Assembly (NCBI RefSeq): GCF_039541115.1
Contig: NZ_BAABFP010000004.1
Coordinates: 310,001 to 374,000, forward strand
Length of the DNA stretch: 64,000 nucleotides
Direction of reading: 5' to 3'
From: Angustibacter luteus
Lineage (GTDB): Bacteria; Actinomycetota; Actinomycetes; Actinomycetales; Angustibacteraceae
The notes under the pieces are model-generated. The model ran no database searches. It was not told the origin of the DNA and saw only the letters and a program-made list of their open reading frames with translations. Made by a program: the position numbers and the translations under genes. Below, one piece after another: positions 61,667-64,000 of the stretch (its first letter is position 1; each line of letters starts with the position of its first letter).

Positions 61667-61731
61667 GATTGCATAGCGTAGCGGCGGGTTGCTCTGTGTG
61701 CACACGCTTGATGGGACAGCCATCCGGGCGG

Positions 61732-62061
61732 CTAGGGGCCGCCGAGCAGCCCGTAGCTCACGATGCGAGCCCCGTCCTTGGCGTACAGGCCGGTCGGCAA
61801 GCCCGACGTCTCGTAGGCGTACAGCTCCGCGCCGCCCGGGTCGTGGCCCACCAGGTGCACCCCCGCCGGCAAGGTCGTGAGCGTCTCGCCGACCGTGTAG
61901 CTGCGCTGCTGCACCATGATCTTCTCCGGGATGGCCCGCGGCTGCAGCCGCCACTCCCAGGTCCGGTCGTGCACCCAGACCAGCCGCAGCGCGAGGCAGC
62001 AGACGAGCACCGAAAGCAGGGTCAGCGCGAGCGGCTTGCGGTACCGCCACACCACGGTCAT
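61732..62061 (-). CDS. hypothetical protein with N-terminal TM/signal
   Basis: GC3-rich ORF filling the gap; C-terminal YGLLGGP. Confidence 0.6.
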   Translation of the reverse strand: MTVVWRYRKPLALTLLSVLVCCLALRLVWVHDRTWEWRLQPRAIPEKIMVQQRSYTVGETLTTLPAGVHLVGHDPGGAELYAYETSGLPTGLYAKDGARIVSYGLLGGP

Positions 62062-62086
62062 GGCGGGAGTGTGCCAGGCCAACCGG

Positions 62087-63043
62087 TCAGCCGGTGGTGA
62101 CCACGTCCGAGAGCAGGCTGCTGACGGACTCGCCGCGGTTGATCCGGCCGATGGCGTCGGCGAACAGCGGTGCGATGGAGCGCACCTCGAGGTTGGGCAA
62201 CCCGTAGTGGTCGCCCTGCGGCACCGTGTTGGTGGTGACGATCTCGGCGATGTCCTTGCGGGCCGAGAGTCGCTCGATGGCCTTGCCGGTGAACAGCCCG
62301 TGCGTGCAGGCCAGAGACACCTTGCGGACGCCGTGCGCCTTCAGCACGTCGAGCAGCTCGCACACCGACCCGCCGGTGGCGATCTCGTCGTCCAGCACGA
62401 TCACGTCCTTGCCGTCGACGTCCCCGACGATCGCGTCGATCACGACCGTGTCGTCGGCCAGCCGCTGCTTGCTGCCGGCCGCGACCGGGACGCCCAGCAG
62501 CCGCGCGAAGCGGGTCGCCGGCTTGGCGTTGCCCAGGTCCGGCGAGACGACGACCGTGTTCGACAGGTCGGTCTGCTTGTAGTGCATGGCGATCTCGTCG
62601 ATGGCCGACAGGTGGTCGACGGGCACCGAGAAGAAGCCGTGCACCTGCGGCGCGTGCAGCGCCATCGTGAGCACCCGGTCGGCGCCCGCGGTCGCGATCA
62701 GGTCCGCCACCAGCCGGCCGCCGATCGAGATGCGCGGCGCGTCCTTCTTGTCCGAGCGGGCGTACGCGTAGTGCGGGATCACGGCGGTGATCTGCGCGGC
62801 GGAGGCCCCGCGGGCGGCGTCCAGCATGAGCAGGAGCTCGACCAGGTTGTCCTGCACCGGGGTGACCAGCGGCTGCACGATGTACACGTCGCGCTGGCGG
62901 CAGTTCTCGCGCAGCTGGACCTGGATGCAGTCGTTGCTGAACCGGGTGATGTTCGTGGGGGCGAGGTCGACGCCGAGATCGGAGCAGATCTCCTCGGCGA
63001 GCTCGACGTGGGCGCTACCGGTGAAGACGACGATGTCGCCCAT
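62087..63043 (-). CDS. prs: ribose-phosphate pyrophosphokinase
   Basis: RFSND, PHYAYARSDKK, LHAPQVHGFF, VVSPDLG, LDDEIATGGS, THG. Confidence 0.93.
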   Translation of the reverse strand: MGDIVVFTGSAHVELAEEICSDLGVDLAPTNITRFSNDCIQVQLRENCRQRDVYIVQPLVTPVQDNLVELLLMLDAARGASAAQITAVIPHYAYARSDKKDAPRISIGGRLVADLIATAGADRVLTMALHAPQVHGFFSVPVDHLSAIDEIAMHYKQTDLSNTVVVSPDLGNAKPATRFARLLGVPVAAGSKQRLADDTVVIDAIVGDVDGKDVIVLDDEIATGGSVCELLDVLKAHGVRKVSLACTHGLFTGKAIERLSARKDIAEIVTTNTVPQGDHYGLPNLEVRSIAPLFADAIGRINRGESVSSLLSDVVTTG

Positions 63044-63085
63044 GCCGCTCCTCGCGGGTCGGGTGCTGATCAGGCCGCCCTCAGA

Positions 63086-63715
63086 CTATGCGCTGCCCGA
63101 TCGGTCGCCGACCTCCGGCGTCGCCGTCTGAGCAGCGGACCGCGGCCGGGCCCGCACGTGCGCCCGCTCGCCCTGCGGACCGAACAGGCTCAGGAACTCC
63201 GTCGGACGACGGTCCGCGCTGCCGAACCAGTGCGGCGTCCGGGTGTCGAACTCGGCCGCCTCACCGGCCTTGAGCACCAGGTCGTGCTCACCCAGGACCA
63301 CCCGTAGGCGACCCGAGAGCACGTACAGCCACTCGTAGCCCTCGTGGGTGCGCAGGGCCGGCTCGGCGTCCGAGGTGCTCGCCGCGATCAGGTGCTTGAA
63401 CGCCTGCAGCCCGCCGGGGTTGTTGCTCAGCGGCACGATCGTCTGGCCACCGCGGGTCACCGGCCGGCCGTGCACCCGCGGGTCGTCGGTCTGCGGGGCC
63501 CCGACCAGCTCGTCCAAGGGCACCCGGTGCGCGGCCGCCAGCGGCAGCAGCAGCTCGAGCGTCGGTTTGCGACCCCCCGACTCGAGCCGGGACAGCGTGC
63601 TCACCGAGATGCCGGTCCGCTCGGACAGTGCGGCGAGGGTCAGTCCACCGTCCTGGCGCAGCGCGCGCAGGCGTGGGCCGACCCCGCGCAGGACGTCATC
63701 GTTGCTGGTCGTCAC
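63086..63715 (-). CDS. XRE-family HTH plus cupin regulator
   Basis: [33 protein letters not shown]. Confidence 0.9.
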   Translation of the reverse strand: MTTSNDDVLRGVGPRLRALRQDGGLTLAALSERTGISVSTLSRLESGGRKPTLELLLPLAAAHRVPLDELVGAPQTDDPRVHGRPVTRGGQTIVPLSNNPGGLQAFKHLIAASTSDAEPALRTHEGYEWLYVLSGRLRVVLGEHDLVLKAGEAAEFDTRTPHWFGSADRRPTEFLSLFGPQGERAHVRARPRSAAQTATPEVGDRSGSA

Positions 63716-63768
63716 CCAGCCAGTATCGGGTGGCTCGGCGCGCCTGCGACCTGGTAGACACGTCGCCC

Positions 63769-64000
63769 GTGACCGACACCCGCATCGACCCCCCACTCGT
63801 CGGCCCGGAACGTGAGTCGCTGCGCGCGTGGCTGGACTGGCACCGCGGCACCCTCGAGCACAAGTGCGCCGGGCTGACCGACGAGCAGCTTCGACTCCAG
63901 GCGGCCGTCCCGTCCCGACTGTCGCTGCTCGGGCTCGTGCGGCACCTGGCCGAGGTGGAGCGCACCTGGTTCCGCCGGGTCTTCGCCGGCGAGGCCGTGC
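63769..64000 (+). CDS. DinB/DUF664-family protein, N-terminal part (truncated by window edge)
   Basis: Manual translation: [28 protein letters not shown]...[17 protein letters not shown]. Confidence 0.85.
   Translation, partial: MTDTRIDPPLVGPERESLRAWLDWHRGTLEHKCAGLTDEQLRLQAAVPSRLSLLGLVRHLAEVERTWFRRVFAGEAV

Overview
High-GC actinomycete chromosomal segment, mostly housekeeping and accessory metabolism, with no integrase, transposase, phage genes or CRISPR array. In order it contains: the pheA 3' end; two PAP2 phosphatases and a DAGK-family kinase; serS; a YbdK-type ligase; a PAS/GAF/SpoIIE regulator; a four-gene unit encoding a (DGGA)17 repeat peptide, a ROX-type JmjC oxygenase, an Apd1/Aim32-like ferredoxin and a HAD hydrolase; bpa; a PadR-ABC exporter; a conservon (cvnABCD-like); a LacI-regulated sugar ABC importer; cysK-cysE; an EAL-PAS-PAS protein; tRNA-Ser(TGA); a two-component system with a GerMN lipoprotein; a full kdp cluster with two micro-ORFs missed by the ORF track; a FolP2-type gene; paaABCDE with a PaaR-type operator; an M16-like protein; a prs paralog; and a partial DinB gene. 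The most striking item is the 9522-12800 unit, which looks like an uncharacterised RiPP-like or peptide-modification system. Three copies of a long intergenic inverted-repeat element and several candidate operators are also visible. Start codons were refined by eye from the ORF track and are approximate; family calls come from motif recognition, not database searches.
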